Assembly: GCF_006345805.1 (NCBI RefSeq)
Contig: NC_043003.1
Location: forward strand, 106,826,001 to 106,890,000
DNA: 64,000 nt
Reading direction: 5' to 3'
Source: Octopus sinensis
Lineage: Eukaryota
Shown here: piece by piece, positions 1 through 12,219 of the stretch
How positions within the stretch are numbered: position 1 is the stretch's first letter
How the letters are laid out: each line of letters begins with the position of its first letter
The notes under the pieces: generated by a model
The model's database searches: none
Told to the model about the DNA's origin: nothing
What the model saw: only the letters and a program-made list of their open reading frames with translations
Program-made: the position numbers and the translations under genes

Positions 1-350
1 ATGATGATGATGATGATGATGACAATGAGAATAATGAGAATATTGATGACAATGATGATGATGATGATGATGATGACGATGATGCTGATGATGATGATGA
101 CCATGATGATGATGATGATGATGATGATGACAATGAGAATAATGAGAACATTGATGACAATGATGATGATGATGATGATGACAATGAGAATAATGAGAAT
201 ATTGATGACAATGATGATGATGATGATGACAATGATGATGACGATGGTGATGATGATGATGATGATGACAACGACAATAATAATAATGAGAATATTGATG
301 ATGACAACAACAACGACGACGACGATGGCGGTGGTGGCGGTGGTGATAAT
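1..350. repeat. (ATG)n microsatellite with recurring ACAATGAGAATAATGAGAATATTG units
   Basis: Direct reading; explains the poly-Met ORF 1..384. Confidence 0.95.
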
Positions 351-704
351 GATGATAATTCTTTATTTGCCACAAGGACAATGAATATAAGACTTTAGGT
401 CGTTCAGTTTCATAACTGTAGAGGCTTTTTCTTACACTCAACATACACATCTTTGTTGTCCTAATCATCCACTTCATACCTCTACTTCTCTACTTTTCCA
501 TTCAGACTTCAGTCGAAAACATCATCACAGAATTAGTCAGTTCTCAGTCAAGACCATTCCCTTTCTACATAAGTTAGTGACCATATCTCCCTCATAAATT
601 CCACTTTATGTCATGATTTCTATGGTTACTTCCTCCTTTATGGTCAACCACTTTACAGATTGTACTTGCAAATCCATTTTAAAGTCACAGGTCACCTTTT
701 GTTA

Positions 705-1040
705 AAGCTGGTCATGCTGGTGGCACGTTAAAAGCACCATTCACCTGTGATCATTGCCAGTTCTGCCTGACTGGCTCCCATGCCAGTGGCATGTAAAAAG
801 CACCATTCAAGCATGATTGATGCCAGTACCGCCTGACTGGCCCTCATGCCAGTGGCACATAAAATGCACCCACTACACTCCTGAAGTGGTTGGCGTTAGG
901 AAGGGCATCCACCTGTAGAAATATTGCCAGATCAGATGGGGGCCTGGTGCAGCCTCCTGGCTTGCCAGTCCTCAGTCAAACCGTCAAACCTATGCCAGCA
1001 TTGAAAGCGGACGTTAAACGACAATGATGATGATGATGAT
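705..1040 (+). mobile_element. RTE LINE 3'UTR fragment with ~60-bp repeats and (GAT)n tail
   Basis: Same sequence as the 3'UTR after the RTE ORF end at 2743 (GGTTGGCGTTAGGAAGGGCATCC...GGACGTTAAACGA(TGA)n). Confidence 0.85.
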
Positions 1041-2309
1041 TATGCTTTCACCACTTTTGTGCCTTTGCATGGAAAAGTGGTGAAAGCATCATCATCATCA
1101 TCATCATTGTCGTTTAACGTCTGCTTTCCATACAAAGGCACAAAAGTGATGACCAACCACAGACCAGTGTCATTTTCAATGTCTCTTAAGGTGACTCTTG
1201 TATTTCTTTGTCCCACAGACTGAGGAACAAATGAATAAGCTGATGTACATCTGACAACTTCAGCCCATGTTTTCACTGAGTCTTCAATTTTAAAAGTGTA
1301 ACAAATTGGGTTTTAACTTTTGTCGTTTTTTGCTAGTCGTGGAGGATAAAATGTGTTTTCTTGAAGGGGTACATAAAAAGAAGAAGAACTGTAACAAAGC
1401 AACAAGAAATTCCAAACAATAAATAATTTCCCAAAACTTTTGAAAGTTACTCATGAAAATTCCACAAAACTATGGCCACCCTAACCCCTGAAGCAAGTAC
1501 CTTCTCCCTGCTGTCTTCCTTCAACCTGCAGGTATATGCTCAGAGTAGGCCTGTTCACTCGGACAATGTTTTCCATTCTCATCCATCTTTCACCAAGGAA
1601 ACAACATTTCTCTCCCTCCCCTGGATAAATTGATGAGAGGTTGACAAAAGAGGAACATGTCTGTTTTCAGTTCTTTCATTCTGGTCCAAGGCACAACAGC
1701 TTTTACTAAAACCACCAGACAGTTAAAGACTGCCTGTGCTTCCTAGGAGACAACGTTGACAATGGCAGGATTTGAGCCCAGAACATAAAGGGACATAAAT
1801 ACTGCAACATATTTTACCTGACACTCTATCATTTCTGCCAATCTGCCAAAATATTGACCAACAATCTATCAATGATTTTACAATAATGTTGTATCAGATA
1901 TAAGGACCCACTTCTTGAAATATCTATTGAAATATGGATTAAACAGCCATGGATTGGATTTCTATAACAACTTTCTGACACTATAAGGGTTACAGAGAGT
2001 ACTGCAGGGTCTCAGAACTGTTAGGGCCTCAATATTTGTTATAATTCAATAGTAGTATGGTGTTAGAAGAATTTTACCAAATTCCTTAGAGTTCAGATAT
2101 GTTCTTATATATACTGAGAAGAAAATCGTTCTGCGGCTATAGTATGACAGAACAAAAATATCTCAGGGTCCCATCATCGTCATCACCACCACCACCATCA
2201 TCATCATCATTGTTTAAATTTTGTTTTCCATAATGGTATGCTTTGGATGGTTTGAGAAGAGCCAAGAATGACAACAATGATGATGATGATGAATATTTGT
2301 CATATATAT

Positions 2310-3362
2310 ATATATATTACCTCTGCTGGTGACAAAGGTTCTCTCACTCAGAGTAAAAGGTAGACTGTATGATGCATGTGTACGAAACATGGGCTGTGAC
2401 TGCTGAGGACATGCGTGAGCTCACAAGGAATGAAGCCAATATGCTCTGATGGATGTGTAATGTCAGTGTTCATATTCGACAGAGTGTAAGTACCTTGAGA
2501 GAAAAGTTGGGCCTAAGAAGCATCAGATGTGGTGTGCAAGAGAGACAACTGCGCTGGTATGGTCATGTGTTGCGAATGGATGAGGAGAGCTGTGTGAAAA
2601 AGTGTCACACCCTAGTGGTTGAAGGAACCTGTGGAAGAGGTAGACCCAGGAAGACCTGGGATGAGGTGGTGAAGCACAACTTTCAAACATTAGGCCTCAC
2701 CAAGGCAATGACTATTGACAGAGACTTTTGGAAATATGCTTGAGAAGACCCAGCAAGCCAAGTGAGACCATAACCTCGTGGCCTATGCCAGGGGTGTAAC
2801 CAGTGCACGAATGTGTACCTTTCCTTCATTGGACACTAAACTCTGCTTGCGAAGACCTGTTGAGGCAAGTGAAATTGAAATTGAAATCAAATTTGATGAC
2901 TGACATCCATGCTACTGGAGTGCTAAGAGCACCATCCGAGTGTGATTGTTGCCAAAGCAGCTGATTGGCACATGTGCCAGTGGCACGTAAAAAGCACAAT
3001 TTGAGTGTGATCATTACCAGCGTTGACTTACTGGCACTTGTGCCAGTGGCATGTGAAAAAAACATTTGAACAAGGTCATTGCCAGTGCTGCTGGACTGGA
3101 TCCTGTGCAGGTGGCACGTAAAAAATACCATTTGAGCTTGGCTGTTGCCAGTACTGCCCGACTGGCCCCCGTGCCGGTGGCACATAAAAGCACCTACTAT
3201 ACTCTCGAAGTGGCTGGCATTAGGAAGGGCATCCAGCTGTAGAAACTCTGCCAGATCAGATTGGAGCCTGGTGCAGCCATCTGGTTTGCCAGTCCTCAGT
3301 CAAATCATCCAACCCATGCTAACATGGAAAGCGGACATTAAATGATGATGATGATGATGATA
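2310..3362 (+). mobile_element. 5'-truncated RTE-clade LINE (ORF C-terminus, 3'UTR, (GAT)n tail)
   Basis: ORF 2453-2743 reads ERQLRWYGHVLRM...GTCGRGRPRKTWDEVV...DRDFWK, the typical RTE C-terminus; followed by ~600 bp UTR. Confidence 0.92.
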
Positions 3363-4084
3363 TCATAAAGATCTCACAGATATTCTAAAAGTTATGGAGT
3401 AGCCTTAATTTGCATCATAAAACATTTTCAAATATTCTAAAAGTTTATAGATATGATATAAAAGTATCGTATTTTATTATTTCAGTATATTCTGAAATAT
3501 TATCGATATCTCAAACTGATATAACATGTTGATATAAAATATGCTCTGAAATTACAGACTTAATAAAATCAAAGAGGAATACCACATTAATTATTGATTC
3601 CACACAGTCTTTTAATAAATAGTTTTGATGATTATTTTCAGTTGGTGCCAAAGAATGGTAATGAATCAGTAACTTGGACATTTTTAGCACATTGAAGACT
3701 TAAAGAATTCTGTGTGGTCCAATTTCTTTATTTCTAATCAGAAGCCAGGAACCAAATTAAGATCGTCTCTTGATGTTTCAAATCAAATGATGCTTTATTT
3801 ACAGTTCTTCTTTTTTTTTATAGTTTTTTTTATTATCTACAGTTCCATAAGGTGACAAGTTGGCAAAATTGGTAAATTGTTTGACAAGATACTCTGCAAC
3901 ATGTTTGCCAGTGTCTTTCATTCTGAGTTCAAATATTCCAAGGTGACTTGGCATTTCTTTCTTTCAATGTTGATGAAATAAGTATCAGTTGAACACCAGA
4001 GTTGATGTAATTGATTAGACCATTCCTCCAAGATTTCAGGACTTTTGCCTATACTCATCCTCCTCATCCTCATCATCCTCCTCA

Positions 4085-4470
4085 TCATCATCATCGTATA
4101 ACGTCTGCTTTCCATGCTGGCATGGGTTGGACAGTTTGACTGAGGTCTGGAAAGCCAGCATCTGCACCAGGCTCCAGTCTGATCTCGCAGTGTTTCTACA
4201 GCTGGATGCCCTTCCTAATGCCAACCACTCCATGAGTGTAGTGGGTGCTTTTTACATGCCACCAGCATCAATCACATTTGGATAGTGCTTTTTACTTGCC
4301 ACCAGCATGGAGGCCAGTTAGTGGGTACTGGCATCAGCTACGTTCGGTTGGTGCTTTTAATGTGCCACTGGCATGGGGGCCAATCAAGCGAACCTGGCAT
4401 TGACCACATTCGGATGGTGCTTTTTACGTGCGACCAGCATATGAAACCAGTCAGTGGGCACTGGCCACAG
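4085..4470 (-). mobile_element. RTE 3'UTR fragment
   Basis: Reverse complement of the RTE terminal segment and of degenerate 60-bp units. Confidence 0.8.
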
Positions 4471-4487
4471 CTACGATATTGGTTTTG

Positions 4488-4670
4488 GGCATGGCTGTGT
4501 GGTTAGGGAGCTTGCTTCCTAGCTACATGGTTTCGGGTTCAGTCCCACTGCGTGGCACTCTGGGTAGGTGTCTTCCGCTATAGCCCCGAGCCGACCGAAG
4601 CTTTGTGATTGAATTCGGTAGGCGGGAGTTACTGCCGTGTGTGTATATGTGTGTGTAGGTGCTTGTGCCT
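4488..4670 (+). mobile_element. Older SINE-I 5' part
   Basis: A-box-like TGGCTGTGTGG and B-box-like GGTTCAGTCCC; homologous to the young copies. Confidence 0.75.
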
Positions 4671-4699
4671 CTCCGAAAGAGAGAGAGAGAGGGATGACT

Positions 4700-4975
4700 C
4701 AACAGGTCTTCTCAAGCATATCATATCACCTGATGCATCAGGGGTATTCTAACAGGGCTGGACATGCGTGGCTGTGATCTCACTTTAGTTGCCGGGTCTT
4801 CTCAATCACAGCATATCTCCAAAGGTCTCAGTTTCATGTCATTGCCTGTGTGAGGCCCAATGTTCGAAGGTCAGGCTTCACCATCTCATCTCATGTCTTC
4901 CTGGGTCTACCTCTTCCACTGGTTCCTTCTACAGTTAGGGAGTAGCACTTCCTCACACAGCTGTCCTCACTCATA
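4700..4975 (-). mobile_element. RTE ORF-end fragment
   Basis: Antisense of GGAAGAGGTAGACCCAGGAAGAC (GRGRPRK) and of the start of the 3'UTR. Confidence 0.8.
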
Positions 4976-4984
4976 TGTAAAAGA

Positions 4985-5215
4985 ATTATTATTATCATTA
5001 TGGATGTTGCACAGTATACAATATCTTGAGGTTGTTGATTCGTTAATCTTGAAAGGAATAAAAGACATTACCAAAAGATGTTACCAAACATTATCAAAAG
5101 TAAAAAGCACCGGTTCTGGTTCCACATAAAAAGCATTAGTGCAGACAGTACTTTATGTAATATGTGTGCAGTTCCAAGTAATGCTGATGTTTGGTACTTC
5201 ATCAAGGCATTTATT
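4985..5215 (-). mobile_element. Short 3' fragment of an R4/Dong-like LINE between (TAA)n tracts
   Basis: Minus strand reads SALLGTAHILHKVLS, matching the C-terminus IALLGTAHILCRTLS of the element at 51.5 kb. Confidence 0.7.
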
Positions 5216-5294
5216 ATTATTATTAATATCATTATTATTGTTGTTGTTGTTGTTGTTGTTGTTGTTATTATTATTATTATTATTATAAAAGTAG

Positions 5295-5480
5295 GAAACT
5301 AGCAGAATCACTGGAGCATTGGACAAAATGTTCATTGACATTTCTTCCAGTTCTTTATTATCTGAGTTCAAATACTGCCAAGGTCAACTTTGCCTTCCTT
5401 TCTTTTAAGGGTCAATAAAATAAGGACCAGAGGTCAGCTAATCTCTCCTCCAAAATTTTCTGGCCTTGTATCGAAATTTG
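5295..5480 (+). mobile_element. Older SINE-II copy
   Basis: CTGAGTTCAAATACTGCCAAGGTCAACTTTGCCTTCC homologous to the SINE-II core. Confidence 0.7.
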
Positions 5481-5566
5481 AAGCAGTCCCTTACCATGAT
5501 TAACGGCCATGGTTTCTCAATGAAGTCTTCACTTCGAAAATAGATTGAATACAACTCAATCTGGAT

Positions 5567-5776
5567 TACTCTTTACTCTTTTACTCTTTTACTTGTTTCA
5601 GTCATTTCACTGCGACCATGCTGGGGCACCGCCTTTAATCGAGCAACTCGACCCCGGGACTTATTCTTTGTAAGCCCAGTATTTGTTCTATCGGTCTCTT
5701 TTGCCGAACCGCTAAGTGACGGGGACGTAAACACACCAGCATCGGTTGTCAAGCAATGCTAGGGGGACAAACACAG

Positions 5777-5807
<31 letters not shown>

Positions 5808-5979
5808 CATATATACGACGGGCTTCTTTCAGTTTCCGTCTACCAAATCCACTCACAAGACTTTGGTTGGCCCGAGGCTATAGTAGAAGACACTTGCCCA
5901 AGGTGCCACGCAGTAGGACTGAACCCGGAACCATGCGGTTAGTAAACAAGCTACTTACCACACAGCCACTCCTGTGCCT
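5567..5979 (-). mobile_element. Young SINE-I (~410 bp; tRNA head, CORE-like segment, internal (TA)/(TG) tract, (AAGAGTA)n tail)
   Basis: Near-identical to nine other copies; Pol III A/B boxes at the 5' end. Confidence 0.92.
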
Positions 5980-6774
5980 ATTCATATTTCTTTTTAATTA
6001 AGTGGTAAGTTGTAAATAAATTTTTATATTTCTTCCATCAGGTAATATCAGCCAGAAAATGGGAAACTGAGCTGAGAGTTCTGAATAAAAAAAGAGATAC
6101 AAGAAGTAAAATGGCAGATCTATGAAGCATGAATATATCCATGTTATCAATGTATAGGCCATATGGGAATCAAAGAACCCATGTGATTAACTTTATAGTA
6201 GTAACGGTACTTCCATTTCAGCTAGACTACCAAATTATTCTTGAACTAAAAATAAGTCATCTTCATCTTCTTATCAAGTTTCACCTATATTTCCAAATAA
6301 AACCAAAACCTTGTTTCTCTCTAGGGTTGTTTGATAGATCCATGTCAAAAAAAGCACATTGGCTATCCTGTTTCAGTTATTCTGATCTCCTGTTTTATTT
6401 TGGTCTCTGCTAAAGAAGCCCAGAGTTTTAACCAAATTTCAGCAAATCTATGGAATCATTCCTAATTCACAATATTGATTTCATTGAACCCTACAGAATT
6501 TTCATCTTTTTTTTTTTTTTTTGGTATTGAACAAACGACTGTATGTTAATAAGAAAAGGTTGTTGGTTATTCTATCGATTTCAGAGAACATTATTATTTT
6601 ATAGAATCAAATTTGATAGAAAGTCTAACCCAGAATATGGACTCAAAAACACAAACTGCTAACCACAGAAGACAGATTGACCATCTACTGTTTCTACAAA
6701 TTCCTTTACCAGAACTTAAAAGATGTTAATACATGTTAAATATAATATTTTGATATCTCAGTCATTCATCACCG

Positions 6775-7085
6775 TCGTCATCATCAGCAGCAGCAGCAAC
6801 ATCACCACCACCACCACTAGCACTACCACCACCACCACCACCACTAGCACTACCACCACCACCACCACCACCACCATCACCACCACTACCACCACCACCA
6901 CCACCACTAGCACTACCACCACCACCACCACCACCATCACCACCACTACCACTACCACCACCACCACCACCACCACTACCACCACCACCACCACCACCAA
7001 AACCACCACCACCACCACTACCACCACCACCACTACCACCACCACCACAACCATCATCATCATCACCACCACCATCACCACCTGC
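6775..7085. repeat. (ACC)n/(ACT)n microsatellite
   Basis: Direct reading; source of the poly-Thr/poly-Val ORFs. Confidence 0.95.
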
Positions 7086-7384
7086 CTGACCCTTCCCACC
7101 AAATTGGTGGCCATTTTGCCTCTGTCAAAAATTATAGAGGAAGGTAATTGGTAGAACTGCAGCATCATCAGATGGAATAGCTTGTAGTATTCAGTTATAG
7201 TCCTTTATGTTCTGAGTTCAAGTTCTGCTGAAGTCAACTTTGTCATTTTGTCCCTCAAGAGTCGATGAAATAAAGTACCAGTCAACTATTGGGGTTGATA
7301 TAATCAACTGATCTTCTCTTTTCTTAAATTTCATGCCTTGTGCCTACATTAGAAACTATTGTCATTTCTTGTTATATTAATGAG

Positions 7385-7560
7385 AAGGTAGTGGTGGTGG
7401 TGGTGGCGGTGCTGGTGGTGGTGGAGGTGGTGGCGGTAGCGGCAGCGGTGGTGGTGGTGGCGGTGGCGGTGGCGGCGGTGGTGGTGGCGGCGGCGGTGGT
7501 GGCGGCGGCGGTGGTGGTGGTGGTCATGGTGATTTTTGTTATGATGGTGATGATGGAACT
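7385..7560. repeat. (GGT)/(GGC)n microsatellite
   Basis: Direct reading. Confidence 0.95.
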
Positions 7561-7884
7561 GGTGGATATGAGTAGCAGAAATGTAAATATAGATTATTAG
7601 GTGAAAAAAAAAAATAGAAAAAAGTTACAAAATAACAATCGAATCATTTTTTATATTATTGGTGTTATTGTTAATTCAGAAATCCTATTTATAAAATAAC
7701 TTAATTGTTTTATTGATGTTTTTTGTGAAAGAAGAAAAAAGTACAATTATGAGTAAAGTGAATTCACACAGGAATTGGACTTTTAGAATAAAGAAAGAAA
7801 TCTTCAGAACCGACAACGAGTCAAAGAGTGAAGCTTTGTGGAATTACTGAAACTGTGCGAAATATTTGGTAATTCTGCTTGAAA

Positions 7885-8045
7885 ACATTGTCGTCGTCAT
7901 CGTCATTGCTATTGTCATTGTCTTCGTTGTTGCTGTTGTTGTCATTGTTGTTGTCATCATCATCATTGCCGTCATCGGCCTCAGCATCGTCGTCATCATC
8001 GTCTTCGTCGTCGTCATGTTCACCGCCATCATTATCATCATTACT

Positions 8046-8080
<35 letters not shown>

Positions 8081-8392
8081 AATCATCATCATCACCACCA
8101 CCACAATCATCGTCATCGTCATCGTCATCATCATTATCATCATCACCATCATCATCATGATCATTGTTGTTGTCATTGCCGTCGTCATCATAATCATCAC
8201 CATCATCGGTATCATTATCATCATCACCACCACCATCATCATCATTACCATCACCACCACCACCATCATCATCACCACCACCACCACCATCATCATCACC
8301 ACCACCACCATCATCATCATCATCATTGTCGTTGTCATTGTTGTCATCACCATCATCATCATCATCATCATCGTTGTCATCATCGCCATCAT
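7885..8392. repeat. (ATC)n-rich compound microsatellite
   Basis: Direct reading; source of the poly-Asp/Ile/Met ORFs. Confidence 0.95.
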
Positions 8393-8990
8393 TTAACATC
8401 CACGTTCCGTGCTGACATGTGTTGGGTAGTTTGAAAGGCTCTGACGGGTCCAAGGCCCGTATCATGTCCCAACATCTGCTTTGGCATGGGTTTTTACAGC
8501 TGGATGCTCTTCCTAATGCCAACCACTTTACAGAGCATACTGGGGGTTAGGTTTGTGCCACTAGCCCTGGTGCATTCACCATGCAGCCCGCAAGACTACG
8601 AAACCTGGTGGGTGGGGAGGGATGTATGTGAGGAGATGAGGGGTTAAAGAATGAGAGAAGGGAATGAAGGAGGGATGAGAATGTTCTTGTTGTAGAAGAG
8701 CTGTGTGGCTACCCACGTTTAGGAGAGAGGAGGAGAATGATCAGTAGGGGCTGCAAGTGCAGGTGGTGCCTCAAGGTACAGGGGGACAAGTAGTGTGGTC
8801 AGTAGGGGGTTTGCAGAGATACTATGGAGAAGCAAGCAATGGCAGGGATGGAAGGTAGGCAACTGCTGTGAAGATTGGGTCATATTGTTGAAGGAAAAAC
8901 AGAAAGAAAAAACAGAAAGCCATATATTGGATAAAGTCATTCTATTCTTCTCTAGGCACAAGGTCTGGAATTTTGGGGGATGGGGACAAC
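8393..8990 (-). mobile_element. Repeat family with an RTE-type 3' terminus but a non-RTE upstream body
   Basis: Terminal segment matches the RTE 3'UTR end; body is ~80% identical to 12229-12305 (inverted) and similar to 37530-38030. Confidence 0.6.
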
Positions 8991-9197
8991 TGGCACTTAA
9001 TTTAACGACCCCAAAAGGATGAAAGGCAAAGTCGACCTCAGTGGAATTTGAACTCAGAACGTAACGACAGACGAAATACTTATTTCTTTACTACCCACAA
9101 GGGGCTAAACACAGAGAGGACAAACAAGGACAGACAAACGGATTAAGTCAATTACATCGATCCCCAGTGCGTAACGTTTCTGCCAGCTCTCCGCCTT
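8990..9197 (-). mobile_element. SINE-II with permuted segment order
   Basis: Order is 5' head, 3' third, then middle third, relative to the full copies at 40849-41085 and 42916-43152. Confidence 0.8.
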
Positions 9198-9308
9198 ATT
9201 GGATAAGGTAATTGTAGATAGAATACGTCTGAATAACTGGTGAGGTGGCCATGGTAGGCATGGTTTAGATCATTAGTCTGTTGTAACACAGCTAAGTTGG
9301 AACCATGC

Positions 9309-9345
<37 letters not shown>

Positions 9346-9628
9346 GCAAACCAGTTCAAAGTTCTAACCATTTCACATTTTGTCATGATAATTCAACCTG
9401 GGAATTACTTTAAGACTACAATATGTCTCTGGAGTACTCAGCCACTTACACATTAATTTCACAAAAAAGAATTCACTCAACCAAACAACAGAATGCTGTT
9501 CAATGTCAAAACTGATGGAGAATTCACCACATTTCCATTCTATAGGGGTCAGTTTAGGACCAAGTTCTGAACAGTAGTAGGTAAAAATTGCTCTCAAAGC
9601 CTTACCGTTTTCAAGAACTTCAAGATGA

Positions 9629-10059
9629 TACTCTTTCTCTTTTTACTCTTTTACTTGTTTCAGTCATTTGACTGCGGCCATGCTGGAGCACCGCCTTTTA
9701 ATTGAGCAACTCGACCCTGGGACTTATTCTTTGTAAGCCCAGTACTTATTCTATCGGTCTCTTTTGCCGAACCGCTAAGTGACAGGGACGTAAACACGCC
9801 AGCATCGGTTGTCAAGCAATGCTAGGGGGACAAACACAGACACACAAACACACACATGCATATATATATATATATATACATATATACATATATACAACGG
9901 GCTTCTTTCATGTTTCCGTCTACCAAATTCACTCACAAGGCTTTGGTCGGCCCGGGGCTATAGTAGAAGACACTTGCCCAAGTTGCCACGCAGTGGGACT
10001 GAACCCGGAACCATGTGGTTGGTAAGCAAGCTACTTACCACACAGCCACTCCTGTGCCT
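9629..10059 (-). mobile_element. Young SINE-I
   Basis: Homology to other copies. Confidence 0.92.
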
Positions 10060-10791
10060 TGATGGTGATGATTCCAGCATATGTCAGTTGGCTGTGTCGA
10101 CTGTAAACACTGCAAAACATCATTGATTGGCAACGATCTGCTGACCTTTAGGTTGCCAATTCACCATCCTGTTAGCTTAGCCTCTCACATAACTGTCTGC
10201 AAAGACAGATATGCGTGAGGGTCAAAGTTGAAGAGAGGCGTAGCTATATTTGCTGGCTGAAAGATGGCTGTAGAATATACATAATTAGAGCAAGATTAAC
10301 ATAACATAAATACAGAGAATATAGGACTTCGTTGCTGTTGTTGTTGTTGTTGTGCTTGTTGCATAGTTACTGTTGCCATGGCTGATGTTATCATTTAGCT
10401 CCATGTTAACCCAGTTAGGATCAAAGATGCCCAACATGACCAAAAAGTTTGTGTTTTATAATGAGTCTGTAAACTGCATTGTTTAATGTATCTCTTTTTC
10501 ATTCTTTTTACTTGCTTCAGTCACTGGACAGCAGGCCATGCTGGAGCACCCACTCTGAGGAATTTTAGTCAAGCAAATTGACCGTAGCACTTATTTTCAT
10601 AAGCTTGCTACTGATTCTATCAGTCTCTGTTTGTCAAGCAGTGGTGGGCGACAAATACATACACATGCACACACACACACTAACACACACACACACACTA
10701 ACACACACTCACTAACACACACATGCATGCACACACACAAACACACACACACATGCATGCAATGTATGCACACACAAACACACACACACAC

Positions 10792-10832
<41 letters not shown>

Positions 10833-11104
10833 CACACACACACAACAGCAAAACCGTTGTGCTACACTTTGACAATTTTTGATATCTCGGCATCTGAAGC
10901 AGCTGGAGATACGACAGTTTGACCAAAAGAACCGGCCATTGGAAGCAAAAATAAATATTGAAGAAAAAAGCATCTGGAGCTGTTACTGAATATCCCTCTT
11001 TGAGAGATTTAGAAATAATAATGTTTCTATATTTTAATATTTGTAAGCAGTTTTGAAATAAAGGTAAATATTTGATAATATTTAACAAATATGTTATATT
11101 TACA

Positions 11105-11725
11105 TTATGAAGGATCCATTTTAACTCGCCAGATTATAGCATGACCTATCTGCAAGTCAACTACAAATACTTGTTGTGACAACCCCAAACTAAGCGTATT
11201 ACCTATCCATGAGTATATATGGTACTTCATTTTTGATGCCTTCAAGAATAAATCAAGTTCCTGTGTAGCTCTCTCAACATGGTGGAGTAAATTCTGGGTT
11301 GTTGACAAATTGTCTTCAAGAAGGCAGATATCATCTGCAAATGCAAGTTCTTCTGAATGGCTCACAATGACGGATCTGAATATCTGGACAGACAAGGAAG
11401 TTAGATGGTAACTACAATTATCCCTTATGTATTGCCCTTAATATCTCTCGGCAGTTTCAGATGACTAACAAGGTCTTAAATGGCAGTTTTCCAAAGATTT
11501 CAACTGTCATAAGAAAGTGTCATCTAATTCTTGCTGGACATGCAATGAGACACAGTGAAGCTGCTGTAAGAATTCCATCATGGTCCCCCGATATCAATCA
11601 TGGATGTGATCACCCAAACCTGGCCTTCATTGAGGAAGACATTGGACTATATGGCAGTGTCTTACTGATGCAAGACCATCATACATGGAGGAACCTCATA
11701 ATGTCATCAACTGGAGTCAGTTAAT
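11105..11725. mobile_element. Old RTE-group LINE with inverted 5' part
   Basis: Minus strand 11105-11440 gives ELAFADDICLL (RT catalytic motif); plus strand 11461-11724 gives LILAGHAMRHSE...DHHTWR (RTE-like C-terminus). Confidence 0.65.
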
Positions 11726-12000
11726 CTAAAAAAATTTTTAATATATATATACGATGGGCTTCTTTCAGTTCCCATTTACCATATCTATTCAGAATGCTTT
11801 TATATTAGCTCAAAGCTATATTAGAAGACACTTGCCCAAGGTGCTACATAGTGGGACTGAACCCAGGACCATGTGATTGGGAAGCAAAGTTCTTACCGCA
11901 TGGCCACGCCTGCTACTTTTAACAGGTCAACCATGTACAGGTTATCATGTATAGGTTCTAACTAGTTAGCATTGCTTAGCCCCAGGGCATCTCCACCACT

Positions 12001-12033
<33 letters not shown>

Positions 12034-12219
12034 GGTATTGTTGAAGAAAAGAGACAATCTGGGTTTTAAGTTGGAAGCAAAGAGCACCTGTTAAGACTGT
12101 AGGTGTTTAAAAAAAGAGCTGAACTGGTAGCAGCAGCAGCAGCAGCAGTAGTTGTTGTTGTTGTTGTGGCGGTGGTGGTGGAGAGTGGCAATGGTGGTGA
12201 TGGTGATGATGATGATAAT

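Noticed and set aside
2880-3200. CRISPR-like repeat-spacer array
   Set aside because: Whole ~60-bp units are homologous with no unique spacers; they lie in a LINE 3'UTR and there are no cas genes.
7821-8522. 233-aa Asp/Gly-rich ORF and overlapping poly-Met/Ile ORFs
   Set aside because: Translation of an (ATC)n microsatellite plus a retroelement tail; open in several frames on both strands.
9608-10266. Minus-strand exon-like segment (acceptor ATTCTACAG, donor G|GTAAGG)
   Set aside because: Stops in all three frames and a young SINE inside; at most a non-coding or cryptic exon.
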